In this document: positions 8,935 to 18,188 of the stretch, in pieces
How the letters are laid out: the number at the start of each line of letters is the position of its first letter
Position numbering within the stretch: the first letter of the stretch is position 1
Position numbers and translations under genes: made by a program
NCBI GenBank assembly: GCA_963827985.1
Contig: CAWHDI010000015.1
Span: 1-27,235, forward strand
Direction of reading: 5' to 3'
Length of the DNA stretch: 27,235 nucleotides
From: an uncultured Chloroflexia bacterium
GTDB lineage: Bacteria > Chloroflexota > Dehalococcoidia > GIF9 > UBA5629
The notes under the pieces: model-generated
What the model saw: only the letters and a program-made list of their open reading frames with translations
What the model was told of the DNA's origin: nothing
The model's database searches: none

Positions 8935-11900
8935 TTGGAAAAATTTGGGCTTACCGGGGGATTTCCCATAAGAAAAGCAAGTAGCATAAAAATATACTGG
9001 CTGCTGGCGGCATTGCTGCCGTTGGTATCTATAGCCGGCCTATTCGGGGCGGCCAGCGCACAGGAGCAGCCGTGGGCCGAACCGCTCAAGTGGGAAGAGG
9101 TAGATAAACCAGGCAGCAAACGGCGAAATCATCATTGCTCCCTCCGAGGTCAACCGCATCGCCGCCAGCCACGACATCGTCTATGCGCTGGACAGTGTCA
9201 CCAATACACCGGCCGCCTGTCCCGCTCGAATAACGGGGGGCTGACCTTCACCGACATAACCCCAGCTCTCTATGACGCTGCCGGCATCATGCTGCCATGC
9301 TCGGAAATCGCCGTTGCCCCCGACAGTCCGTTTTATGTGGCCGTGGTCACGCAATAGATCGACAGAAGTGTTTATTATTCCGATCGACAGCGGGGCAACA
9401 TGGAATACTACTGGCGGCTATACCCAATCTTGCTGCCGGCGAGGAAATCCAATGTATAGCGATATCCAGTGGCTACGTGTTGACCGGGGCTACGCTGCTG
9501 CATGATATTGCTATCGGCACCGCGATGGGGCTGCACAGGGCAAGTATTGACGTTCCAAATAGGCGGCGCATTTTCCAACTGGACTGATCAGAATATCACG
9601 ATAACCACCACGAACGGCAGACGTATCTGCCGTTGCCTTTTCGCCAAGGTATTCAGCGGACTTGACTATGCTTGCGGTGGCTTCGGACACCAATAACACA
9701 TATTTGTATATCGGGACGAGGGACCAGTCCTCTCAGACTACGGCATGGAATGGCATGGCTGGATACCCTCTACTTGTAGCTCACGAAGGAATCTAGTGGC
9801 TGGCCCCCCTCCCGTGAATTCTCTCGTCCATATCTCTACCTTCCAACTATAGCGGAAGCAACCAGGCGACGCGCCTGGCTTTCGTGGGCTTTAACAGGAA
9901 TCCGGATAACCCGTCGCCAATGATTGTAATGATGCCTACCGGATCAACGACGCTCTGAGCCCGCAGGTACAGAGGCTCAATGTCAACGGCGGCGACACTA
10001 TCAACATAAGCAGCATCGCATACTACGGCACTCTCATATCGGGAAAACTCCTTGCCGGGCTTGCCGACCCTGACCCAACATCGCCGAACACTATCGCAGG
10101 TCAGATGGACCGTCAACCCCCTGGGTTCGCCGATCGGGACCCCTAACTCAACTGTCTGGCATATTCCCAACCAGAATCCTACGGGTCCGGGCAATGCGCA
10201 GGTGGCCTGGAGCCAGAGCGGCGCCGTTGGGTTTTGCGGCACGGGCCAGCTGATACCCCCTCTTATACAACCTGACGAAAGCGCCTTCTCCCAGAGCCTG
10301 GATAACGGCAACAACTGGGCAGCAGACCAGCCTTATCAACACCAGCTTATTTATGTCCGATATCGCCCCTTCGCCGGATTCAAAGAGCCTGTTTATGGCG
10401 ACCTACAGCGAGTACGGTGCGGAAAGCGTGTGGCGCAGCGCCGGCGAGCCGCTGGGCTATACTGGGGCCGCCTGCTGACCGTGCCGACCGACACGAACAG
10501 GGTCATCCTGAGGCTGAGCCCGAATTACCAGACGGACTACACCCTGTATGCAATTGAGATCGATAATAATATCACGGTTAATCCGAAACCTTTAGTCCTG
10601 AAAAGCTAATATACTGGAGATATCACTGAACCGCGGCAATACATGGAAGGAGATCTGTATACCAAGGCCGGTGATTGACGTGGTCACGGCAAGCCAGTAT
10701 ACGCTTTACATGGCTACGGATGGAGCCTGTGTCAGGAAAAGCACGGACGGGGGAATATCCTGGGGAGACAAGGTGGTGACCGGGCTGGATAACATCAACA
10801 TGCTGGCCATCAGCAATAACGGGCATGTCTTCGCCGGCAGCAGGGACGGGTGGGTCGCCTATTCCACCGATGGGGGCGTAAGTTACACGAAAATACCTCA
10901 ACCCGTAAGCCTTTTTATGAGCGACGTGCAGATCGTGGCCGATGCTAACTACAGCTCCAACAACGTTATATATGCCAGCGGCCGCACGGACAACGCCACT
11001 GGCGCAGGCGTGTGGCGCTGGACCATCGGCCAGTCCACCCAATGGGAACAGATCGACTCGTCCATAGCTGACGATGATTACGGGAGAACAGATCAGCGGG
11101 CTGAAGACAGGCCCCGAAGGCACCCTGTATGCGCTCAGGGCGGATAATAATGTGAACAGGTCTAACGGCATGAACCGCACACTGGATCCCCTCTACCCCG
11201 TGCCCGAAGAAATGGAATGGAACCTGGTCTACCGCACGCTGCCTAAAAATGTGGCCCCAAATATCGTCGAATTTGATCCAGCGCCGCTCAATTTTGCCGG
11301 CAATGTGCCCTGGCTGAAGTTGACGGGGGACTCCAGTGAGAACGACCTGTGGGCCATAGATACGTCCAACGGTGCGAACGACACCACTACTGCCATCTAC
11401 AGGTTCCGGGACAACGTATGCAAGGTCGGGCCATGGATAAACGGCCCGTCTGAAATAGGCTGCGACCCTGTCACCGGACGCAACCAGCAAGTCGATCTTT
11501 TCTGGGAGCAACTATCCCTATCCGATAGATACGACCTGCAGCTTGCCAAGGACCCGGACTTTACCCTCAGGATCGACCCGGCAATTTCCAATTCGGAGAA
11601 TATATCCGCGGTAACCGGGTCTATTCATATCAAGACCGATCCCGTGAATGTTACCAGCCCGGCGGTATGGCTGCCTCCCGGCTCACTTCCTGAAGCGGGA
11701 GCTGATTACTACTGGCGCATAAGGACCTATCATGCGGCAACCGGGGAGTTCATTTGGAGCCCCTGGTCGGACACAGGCAATTTCATCGTAAAGCCCGGAT
11801 TTCCCGTGGCTACGCCTTACTACGGCCCACAGCTGCTGGCTCCTGCCGATGGCTGCGATTGCGCGTTTAATGCGCCGGTCAGCTTCTCATGGTCGCCTTA

Positions 11901-12240
11901 CAAGGAGACAACAGCATATAAATTTGAGCTGTCGCAGAGCTCCGACATGAGCCGGCCTACCATATCAACGCAAGTGAGCGATCCCGCCTACCTGTACACA
12001 GGGCAATTAAGAAATAATACAGTCTATTTCTGGCGTGTTACGCCGGTAGAGCCTGTGCCAGCCGAATCCAGCGCCACCTTCAGTTTCCACACGGCGCCCG
12101 TCTCTACTGCGGCGCCAACATACCTGATTCCAAGGTCGCAACCCATACCGTTGTGGGTTGTAATCGGCTTTGCCATCTGCGTGCTGGCAATTATCATCCT
12201 GCTCGTGCTGATTTTCCGCAGATGGGGCGTATTCCCTTAA
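8935..12240 (+). pseudogene. Large cell-surface protein with Ycf48/BNR (Asp-box) repeats, FN3-like modules and a C-terminal TM anchor. It is fragmented by at least 10 +/-1 frameshifts.
   Basis: N-terminal signal peptide (IKIYWLLAALLPLVSIAGLFGAASAQE). Asp-box-like motifs occur in successive frames: SRSNNGGLTF, IDSGATWN, SLDNGNNW, ISLNRGNTW, STDGGISW, STDGGVSY. Protein-like text hops between all three frames at about 9116, 9210, 9358, 9430, 9580, 9800, 9957, 10120, 10335, 10470, 10603 and 11100. Several hops fall at homopolymers: G6 at 9235-9240, C6 near 9803, A4 at 10601-10604. The last intact ORF, 11074..12240, has FN3-like YYWRIRTYH / VYFWRVTPVEP and ends ...IPLWVVIGFAICVLAIIILLVLIFRRWGVFP. 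Confidence 0.65.
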
Positions 12241-12294
12241 ACACGCCAGGAACTCAGCAGTAATGCTATTGAGGATGAACCGTCAAATGGCGCT

Positions 12295-12951
12295 TTATCC
12301 TGCGCCCTTTTGGTAATAGGAGACCAGGAACTTTTTGCCTGATTTAAGGGGAATTTCAGTTTCTTTGTGCTTGATCAGGCCGCATTTTTCCGCCGTTTCG
12401 TTAAATGCCTCCGGATTTACCAGACGCATTACCGGCTCGAGAGATTTTAAACTGGAGTAGGGCGTCTCCGAAATCATTTTGGCTTCGCGGCTGGGAAGCT
12501 GCAACACAGCAACCAGCGTCCCTTGCATCATCAGCCAACTGGAAACCCGTTTCAAGATTTTTGCAAAATCCACATACTCAAAAATCAGGGCGGCATAGAT
12601 CAAATCGAATGAATTGTCCGGACACGAAAACGAATTTAAATCTGAACAGACCAGTTCAAGCATCGGCAATTTAGACCCGTATCTTTTCCGTAGAATTGAT
12701 AAATAGTCGGGATTAATGTCGATACCCACTATTCTATGCGCGGTTTGGGGATCGATATGCTCAAAACCATTGCCGGTGCTGCATCCCAGAACCGCCACGC
12801 TTTTTGACGGGACATCCTTCAGCACATTCCCAAATATGCGATTGAGAACTGCTAATTGTCCGACGGTCTCCGAATTCATGTGCCCTTCGTAGTCAGAGGC
12901 CGGAATAGAAAGCCAGGGATTTTTATTGTGAGCGAAATTACCTTTAGCCAT
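12295..12951 (-). CDS. Class I SAM-dependent methyltransferase
   Basis: Motif I VAVLGCSTGNG and post-I GIDINP. ATG at 12951 chosen (MAKGNFAH...); the listed ORF begins at an upstream TTG. Confidence 0.75.
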   Translation of the reverse strand: MAKGNFAHNKNPWLSIPASDYEGHMNSETVGQLAVLNRIFGNVLKDVPSKSVAVLGCSTGNGFEHIDPQTAHRIVGIDINPDYLSILRKRYGSKLPMLELVCSDLNSFSCPDNSFDLIYAALIFEYVDFAKILKRVSSWLMMQGTLVAVLQLPSREAKMISETPYSSLKSLEPVMRLVNPEAFNETAEKCGLIKHKETEIPLKSGKKFLVSYYQKGAG

Positions 12952-13006
12952 ACGTTTAGTATGGTCTTGACAGGATAGGCCGGTCAATGATTGAACTGCT
13001 CCGCAC

Positions 13007-13189
13007 TTATCTGTACCGGCACATCAGCGCAAAGACAGCCGCACCAACTACAATAACCCCGATGACAGCCGCGGCTACCGTATCCAACCTGGCTACGAAA
13101 TCCAGTTGATTGCCAGTTGCGAAAGTCGGGCAGATGACCGGAAGCGCAGTCCCATGTAACAAACCACTAATAAACACTTTTGCAAACAT
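13007..13189 (-). CDS. Small (60-aa) membrane protein downstream of the flotillin gene
   Basis: AAGGAAGG RBS lies 9 nt before the ATG (MFAKVFISGLLHGTALPVICPTFATGNQ...VAAAVIGVIVVGAAVFALMCRYR). It has a C-terminal TM helix. The listed ORF starts at an upstream TTG. Confidence 0.45.
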   Translation of the reverse strand: MFAKVFISGLLHGTALPVICPTFATGNQLDFVARLDTVAAAVIGVIVVGAAVFALMCRYR

Positions 13190-13329
13190 TTTAGCAGACC
13201 TTCCTTTAGCTACCTCGTTTAACCCATGCAACCGGTGCTTCGTTTACCTCTAACTTAAATAATACGTGGTCATTATTAAGATCTTATTAAGGCACGAGAG
13301 GAAGTTCAGGGAATTCCGTTAGCTCTCGC

Positions 13330-15273
13330 TTAAAGCGTCTCAGGCAATACGCTACATCCGTTCTTATTTATCTTCCTCAACTTTGGAGCCTTTTGTGTCA
13401 TCATCTGGGCTAACCAGGCATTAAAAAGGTTACCGCCACCAGATTTGTCCGACCCGGCAACGAGTATCTGGGGGACGATTTGTATCTTACCCGCTGCTAT
13501 CTCCTGAACCAGCCTGATAATCGCTACGTTCTGCTGTCCGATGGCGCTCTTCTGCGCGTTGTAGGCCTCGGCAACACCTTCACCCTCAATCTTACTACGA
13601 TACGAATTCCCATCTGCCACAAGCATGGTAGACTCTTTTTCACCCTGCGCCCGGAGCACTACCGACCTTCTATCGCCATCAGCTTCCCTGACTTTGGCTT
13701 CGGCCCTATCATTATTAATGTCTATCGACAACTTGGCATCGATGACGTCTTTCTGCTTGTCAGCCCTGGAGGACTTCTCCATGACAGCGATGCGTTTTTC
13801 CTGTGCCAGCGCCTCCTGGTCGTACTGCGCCTGCTGCTGGTTGGCTATTTCCTTCTTGGTCTGCGTATCCAGCAAATCCTTGGGAATATCGATATAGGCG
13901 ATAAACAGGTTCTGAGCCTCTACATTATACTCGGAGAACCTCTCCTTGGCATGGGCAAGCGCTTCAGTCTGTAAATCCGTTCTGCTCTGGAAAAAGTCGA
14001 TTGCCTTCTTCTCGCCCGCTTTGTTCCTGAATGATGAATCGATTAACGGGTGGACGATCTGGTCGATAAGATTAACGACCGACCCGAACCTGGCTATAAT
14101 GTACGCCGCGTTAGCCGGTTGAATCCGGATAACCATGCTAACATTGACTTCCAGTTGAAAACCATCTTTGGATGTAACCTTCAGCGGATCAAACTTGTAC
14201 AGGACAGCCGAGTCCTTATCTTTGTCCTCAACCGGTTTTGCAATCGCAGCCTGTTTATCAGAGGCCTGCTTGACCCCCTTTATTTCAGTGCCTATCCTTC
14301 CCTCGGTTGCCCAGTCAATAGTGATGGCTGAAGTTGGAACCATGTAAGGAGTAAAAGCGATAGTATTGAGGTTATATTTACCTGGAGCCACAGGATCTTG
14401 CCAGATTCCCCTGGTGTAGCGGTCCTGAATCAATATCTTCTCGACGTCCTCGTGTATGGGACCCGTCAATTTCCCTTCGCCGGTGCTCGGCCTAGGACCG
14501 TGGTCAGGCCTCTCGAGGTCCAGCCCGACATTTGACCTGATCACAGCCACATAGCCGGGAAGCACCTCGGCCACGTTCTCCATCTTAATGTCAAACAACA
14601 GCGTATTGATATAATATCTGCCTGGCTGTAACGTATCGAGCTGCGGCCCGCGGTACCCATTGCCCTGTAAAAATAGCTGCCCGTTCTGATAGAACTTGTG
14701 GTCTATCTCCGTCCCGTCCGCGTTTCTTGCCTTGGGAGCTACGATATATCCCATCGGCAAGGGTGTTCCATCCCTCGCTATAGCGATACCGATGGTATTT
14801 TCGGCGATCTTGGTCGATTCGGCTTTTGTAACGATAAACAGCTTTGTGTTGATTCTGTAAGTCCCGGGCCGTAGAATCGCGACCTGCGGCCCTTTCTTTC
14901 CGTGATTGGCCAAGAACATCTCGGCATCCTGAAACTGGTTGCATTCCACTTCATCTCCCAAGAGCCTGCCTTTGGGAAGGGGTTCCCCGTCTATCGATTC
15001 AATAAGCCCCAGACTATCAACGTCGATGGTCACCACCGGGACTTTTGCAAATGACCATATTACAGGTATTCTCCAATAAAGTCCGGGCATCAATATCTTT
15101 GCCTGGATGCCCACTTCCCCATTCCGGGCGATTATCTGTCCTGAGGGCATACCCTTGCCAAGCATTCTTTTTGTCAGAATTCCCACTTCATTAGGGCCAA
15201 TTGTGCGAAAGCCGGGGAGAATAATGATTAGAGCTAACAGGATTATAATGCCAACAGCGATACCTTCCAACAT
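13330..15273 (-). CDS. Flotillin-like SPFH/band-7 domain protein (YqiK/FloT-type)
   Basis: GGAGG RBS lies 8 nt upstream. N-terminal TM helix (IAVGIIILLALIIILPGF), an SPFH domain, then a long EA/KQ-rich coiled coil (QEALAQEKRIAVMEKSSRADKQKDVIDAK...) typical of flotillins. 647 aa, intact. Confidence 0.85.
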   Translation of the reverse strand: MLEGIAVGIIILLALIIILPGFRTIGPNEVGILTKRMLGKGMPSGQIIARNGEVGIQAKILMPGLYWRIPVIWSFAKVPVVTIDVDSLGLIESIDGEPLPKGRLLGDEVECNQFQDAEMFLANHGKKGPQVAILRPGTYRINTKLFIVTKAESTKIAENTIGIAIARDGTPLPMGYIVAPKARNADGTEIDHKFYQNGQLFLQGNGYRGPQLDTLQPGRYYINTLLFDIKMENVAEVLPGYVAVIRSNVGLDLERPDHGPRPSTGEGKLTGPIHEDVEKILIQDRYTRGIWQDPVAPGKYNLNTIAFTPYMVPTSAITIDWATEGRIGTEIKGVKQASDKQAAIAKPVEDKDKDSAVLYKFDPLKVTSKDGFQLEVNVSMVIRIQPANAAYIIARFGSVVNLIDQIVHPLIDSSFRNKAGEKKAIDFFQSRTDLQTEALAHAKERFSEYNVEAQNLFIAYIDIPKDLLDTQTKKEIANQQQAQYDQEALAQEKRIAVMEKSSRADKQKDVIDAKLSIDINNDRAEAKVREADGDRRSVVLRAQGEKESTMLVADGNSYRSKIEGEGVAEAYNAQKSAIGQQNVAIIRLVQEIAAGKIQIVPQILVAGSDKSGGGNLFNAWLAQMMTQKAPKLRKINKNGCSVLPETL

Positions 15274-15523
15274 TGACGCACCTCCCTATTGAGTTCTTAA
15301 GATTACCTGTTAATGATGATCTTACCGGTTCGGTTGAATCGAGTTTTACTCCAGGGCTATTTTTATCGTAACCAGGGAATCAATACAGTGAACGCCGGCC
15401 CCTATTATAGCTACTTTCGCATATGTAATCCACCTTATGTGCGAGCCTGCGACGGCATCTATAAAAGCTCCGCTCTTGATCACAATCATGCCTTTAATAA
15501 TTGGGTTATTCGAGCCGCTGCAC

Positions 15524-15529
15524 TATAAT
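15524..15529 (+). promoter_or_regulatory. Consensus -10 TATAAT with TTGggt 17 nt upstream; 7 nt before ATG 15537 (leaderless-type)
   Basis: TTGGGTtattcgagccgctgcacTATAATggacgtgATG. Confidence 0.4.
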
Positions 15530-15536
15530 GGACGTG

Positions 15537-16775
15537 ATGGCTATGCCAGGAACAAGGGCATTGGCGGCCCTAATATTACTCTTGCTCTTTTGCAGCGCCC
15601 CGTTTTTTTCACCCTATGCGGCAAGGGCCGACGGTCCATCGTGCGCATCTCACCAGTTCTACGGGACGGTCAGCAACAATGGGAAAATTGTGGGGGCCGG
15701 TTACATCGTTACTGCCGTTGTGAACGGACAACAGATGGCTTCCGCCACAACCGATGCCCAGGGAAAGTGGGGGAATACGCAGTCATTCAGCGTCACGACC
15801 CAGGCAGGTTCTTTGATAGAATTCTATGTTAACGGTGTACTCGCGGGATCAGCGGCCAGTTGTATCGAGACCAACGAGCTAAATATAGCCGTATACGGAG
15901 TTCCACCACCTTCCGGTTCCGCCGCTTCAACCGCTTCATCCGAAACAGCCGCCACTTCCTCAGCTTCAGCGACAGCAGTCAGCCAGCCTGCCTTGAGCTC
16001 GGCACCTTCTAACTCGCCGGCCTCGCCGTCAACGCTCACCTTCTATATCGGCCCTCAGACTGCCGCCACACATACTTCCCCGGCCACAATAGCCGTCTAC
16101 TGTACGCTTCCCGGACAACAGGACAGCCTTACACTTAGCAACGGCACACTTACATCAGCGAAAGAACTTGTCAGCGCCGGCAGCGCCATCGAGCTCGACT
16201 TCGCGGCCAATACCACCACAAGCCTGACGTCCGGTCAACAACTTAAAATAGAACCGCTTTCTTCTCAACCCGCAGCGCCGGATGGATCAGGAATTATTGA
16301 GGTTTACAGCTTCGAACCGGAAAACAGTACGTTTAGCCCGCCTGTTACACTGAAGCTGAAATACGATCAGGACAAATTGCCGGCGGGCATGGACGAGACC
16401 AGCCTTTACATCGCCCAGCTGGAGCAAACGGGGAAATGGATTGCACTGACGTCTTCGGTAGACAAAAGCAGCAATACAGTCAGCACACAACTATCCCACT
16501 TTTCCGTCTACGGTCTGATCGGCAGACTGACACCGATATCATCGGTAGTTACTCCGCCAATAAATGACTCTCAATCCATCCCGGCACCTGTCAATCCTCC
16601 AAACGCGGAAACCAGCCCGCAGGGGGAAGGAACCTCGCCGACGCCCGCCAGCTCCGGGCAATCGGCTTTACAGATGCCCGGAATGGATGTTGTGGCGCAG
16701 GGTATCCTGATTGCCGGAGGGATCTTAATCATAATCGTGCTTCTGGCAATTATAAGGAGGCGTCCGGACTATTAG
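15537..16775 (+). CDS. Cell-surface protein: signal peptide, carboxypeptidase-regulatory-like (CarbopepD_reg-like) domain, Ser/Thr/Ala-rich linker, C-terminal TM anchor
   Basis: Signal peptide MAMPGTRALAALILLLLFCSAPFFSPYAARA. YGTVSNNGKIVGAGYIVTAVVNGQQMASATTDAQGKWG resembles a CarbopepD_reg fold. Low-complexity stretch SGSAASTASSETAATSSASATAVSQPALSSAPSNSPASPS. The C-terminus is VVAQGILIAGGILIIIVLLAIIRRRPDY. A TATAAT lies 7 nt upstream of ATG 15537, a leaderless-type arrangement. In-frame ATGs at 15528 and 15543 are alternatives. Confidence 0.65.
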   Translation: MAMPGTRALAALILLLLFCSAPFFSPYAARADGPSCASHQFYGTVSNNGKIVGAGYIVTAVVNGQQMASATTDAQGKWGNTQSFSVTTQAGSLIEFYVNGVLAGSAASCIETNELNIAVYGVPPPSGSAASTASSETAATSSASATAVSQPALSSAPSNSPASPSTLTFYIGPQTAATHTSPATIAVYCTLPGQQDSLTLSNGTLTSAKELVSAGSAIELDFAANTTTSLTSGQQLKIEPLSSQPAAPDGSGIIEVYSFEPENSTFSPPVTLKLKYDQDKLPAGMDETSLYIAQLEQTGKWIALTSSVDKSSNTVSTQLSHFSVYGLIGRLTPISSVVTPPINDSQSIPAPVNPPNAETSPQGEGTSPTPASSGQSALQMPGMDVVAQGILIAGGILIIIVLLAIIRRRPDY

Positions 16776-16911
16776 CCGCAGCCCATTTAATGAACTGACA
16801 GCGGCGAAATCCTTCGTGGGTTTAATCGCTTTAGCCAGAGTATTTAACGTGACCGGCATCAGATGTCTTATGCAACTATCCGCCGCAAATACCGTTTATA
16901 AAGATGTAAAC

Positions 16912-16928
16912 GGGCGGTATCACCGCCC
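16912..16928 (+). other. GC-rich hairpin GGGCGGT-atc-ACCGCCC immediately upstream of the RBS of the small peptide gene
   Basis: 7-bp perfect stem and 3-nt loop. No U-tail. The RBS starts 2 nt after the stem. Confidence 0.3.
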
Positions 16929-16939
16929 GGGGAGGAAAT

Positions 16940-17143
16940 ATGAAATTAAACATATTGCATGTTTTTATTGCCGCAGCTGTCCTTTGCCTTCTGACCGCTT
17001 TTATAGCCGGAGCGGTCCCGGTTTCTGCAGCGGAATCGGATAATACCAGCCAGCCATATTTGCAGAACTGGGGCCACAGCGGAGGCCAATCCTGTGCTAC
17101 TTCCTGGGGCAATAGTGCCTGGCAACCCAGCATAAAGGGATAG
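16940..17143 (+). CDS. Small secreted Trp/Gly/Ser-rich peptide precursor (67 aa; about 37-aa mature)
   Basis: GGGAGG RBS lies 4-5 nt upstream. Signal peptide MKLNILHVFIAAAVLCLLTAFIAGAVPVSA-AESD. Mature sequence is NTSQPYLQNWGHSGGQSCATSWGNSAWQPSIKG. The overlapping antisense ORF 16876..17280 lacks any start or RBS support. Confidence 0.6.
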   Translation: MKLNILHVFIAAAVLCLLTAFIAGAVPVSAAESDNTSQPYLQNWGHSGGQSCATSWGNSAWQPSIKG

Positions 17144-17264
17144 ACCCCTTTGCTAAGGACAGTTGGCAGGAGGTATGCGGCCATCCTTTTGCCTTTCGAA
17201 AATGCGAGGTAACTGATAACACTATGGGAAAGCAATGATACATAAGCGAGGGATAAGGAGCGTG

Positions 17265-18158
17265 ATGGTAACCGCCGCACTTGTAGTGCTGGCCTCTACG
17301 GCATGCGCAACTTCTGTGTCCGCCCCACAGTTTGAGGTAACCTCACTTGATATCAAACCGGCGCAAATCGCTGCAGGTCAGACAGCAGTTGTTACTGCAC
17401 GCGTTACCAATACAGGTAAAACGGAAGGCGTGTATGACGCCATCCTCACAGTCGACGGCCTTCAGGCCGACACGCAGCAAATCGATGTCGTTCCAGGGTC
17501 CGCCGAGACCATCACCTTCTCACTACGCACAGATACGGCGGGAGACCACAAGGTCGCTGTCGGGGAAGCAAACTCCATACTTACGGTAGAACCCAAGCTA
17601 GTAGCGATGGAAGTGGAGCTAAAATATGATGATGGCAATGCTAAGGATTATCTGTCCGTTGATAAACCCTGCACCGGATACGTGAGCAGCTTCGCTCCAC
17701 CTTCGGTCCCTTTTATCATCAAAACTGTGCGCATATACGGCCTGGTCTATGGCGGTCCGGAATTTTTAATCGAGCCTCTTGAAGTACAAATCTGGGATGC
17801 AGATAAAAAGGTCATCTACAGCGCCAGGGTGTCCGGCAAAAGGTTCCCCTTGCTGTCACACCTGTTATCCGACATCGAAGACAAGGGCGCCTGGGTTGAC
17901 GTAAATATACCCGATGTGAAGGTGAGCGGGGACTTTTATATAGATGTCTACACCGGTACAACTACGGGGCAGGGTTTTCGCATGGGAAGTGAAGACAATA
18001 TCATAAATACCCATTCCGACGTTACAATACGCAATGAGAACGGTATCGACGCAACCAGTACGCAATGGCCCTATCCTGCAACCTACTGGTACGGAGACAA
18101 AAGCCGGGTCAACTGGATGTTAAGGGTTGTTGGAAACGCCATGGTCCCGCAAGAATAA
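17265..18158 (+). CDS. Secreted protein with an N-terminal CARDB-like domain plus a C-terminal domain of unknown function
   Basis: AAGGAG precedes ATG 17265. Signal peptide MVTAALVVLASTACA. PAQIAAGQTAVVTARVTNTGKTEGVYDAILTVDG...VVPGSAETITFSL matches the CARDB pattern. Confidence 0.65.
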   Translation: MVTAALVVLASTACATSVSAPQFEVTSLDIKPAQIAAGQTAVVTARVTNTGKTEGVYDAILTVDGLQADTQQIDVVPGSAETITFSLRTDTAGDHKVAVGEANSILTVEPKLVAMEVELKYDDGNAKDYLSVDKPCTGYVSSFAPPSVPFIIKTVRIYGLVYGGPEFLIEPLEVQIWDADKKVIYSARVSGKRFPLLSHLLSDIEDKGAWVDVNIPDVKVSGDFYIDVYTGTTTGQGFRMGSEDNIINTHSDVTIRNENGIDATSTQWPYPATYWYGDKSRVNWMLRVVGNAMVPQE

Positions 18159-18188
18159 TTAAGAATCTTTGTTCTCCATCGAAAGCGG

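Noticed and set aside
9847-11511. Several 150-185-aa minus-strand ORFs (9847..10314, 10623..11180, 10966..11511)
   Set aside because: They are antisense to the BNR surface-protein reading frames. Their composition is Pro/Arg/Gly-rich.
13480-13974. 164-aa + ORF
   Set aside because: Antisense to the intact flotillin gene.
16876-17280. 134-aa minus-strand ORF covering the small peptide gene
   Set aside because: It has no RBS or start context and no recognisable features. The + strand peptide has a perfect RBS and signal peptide.
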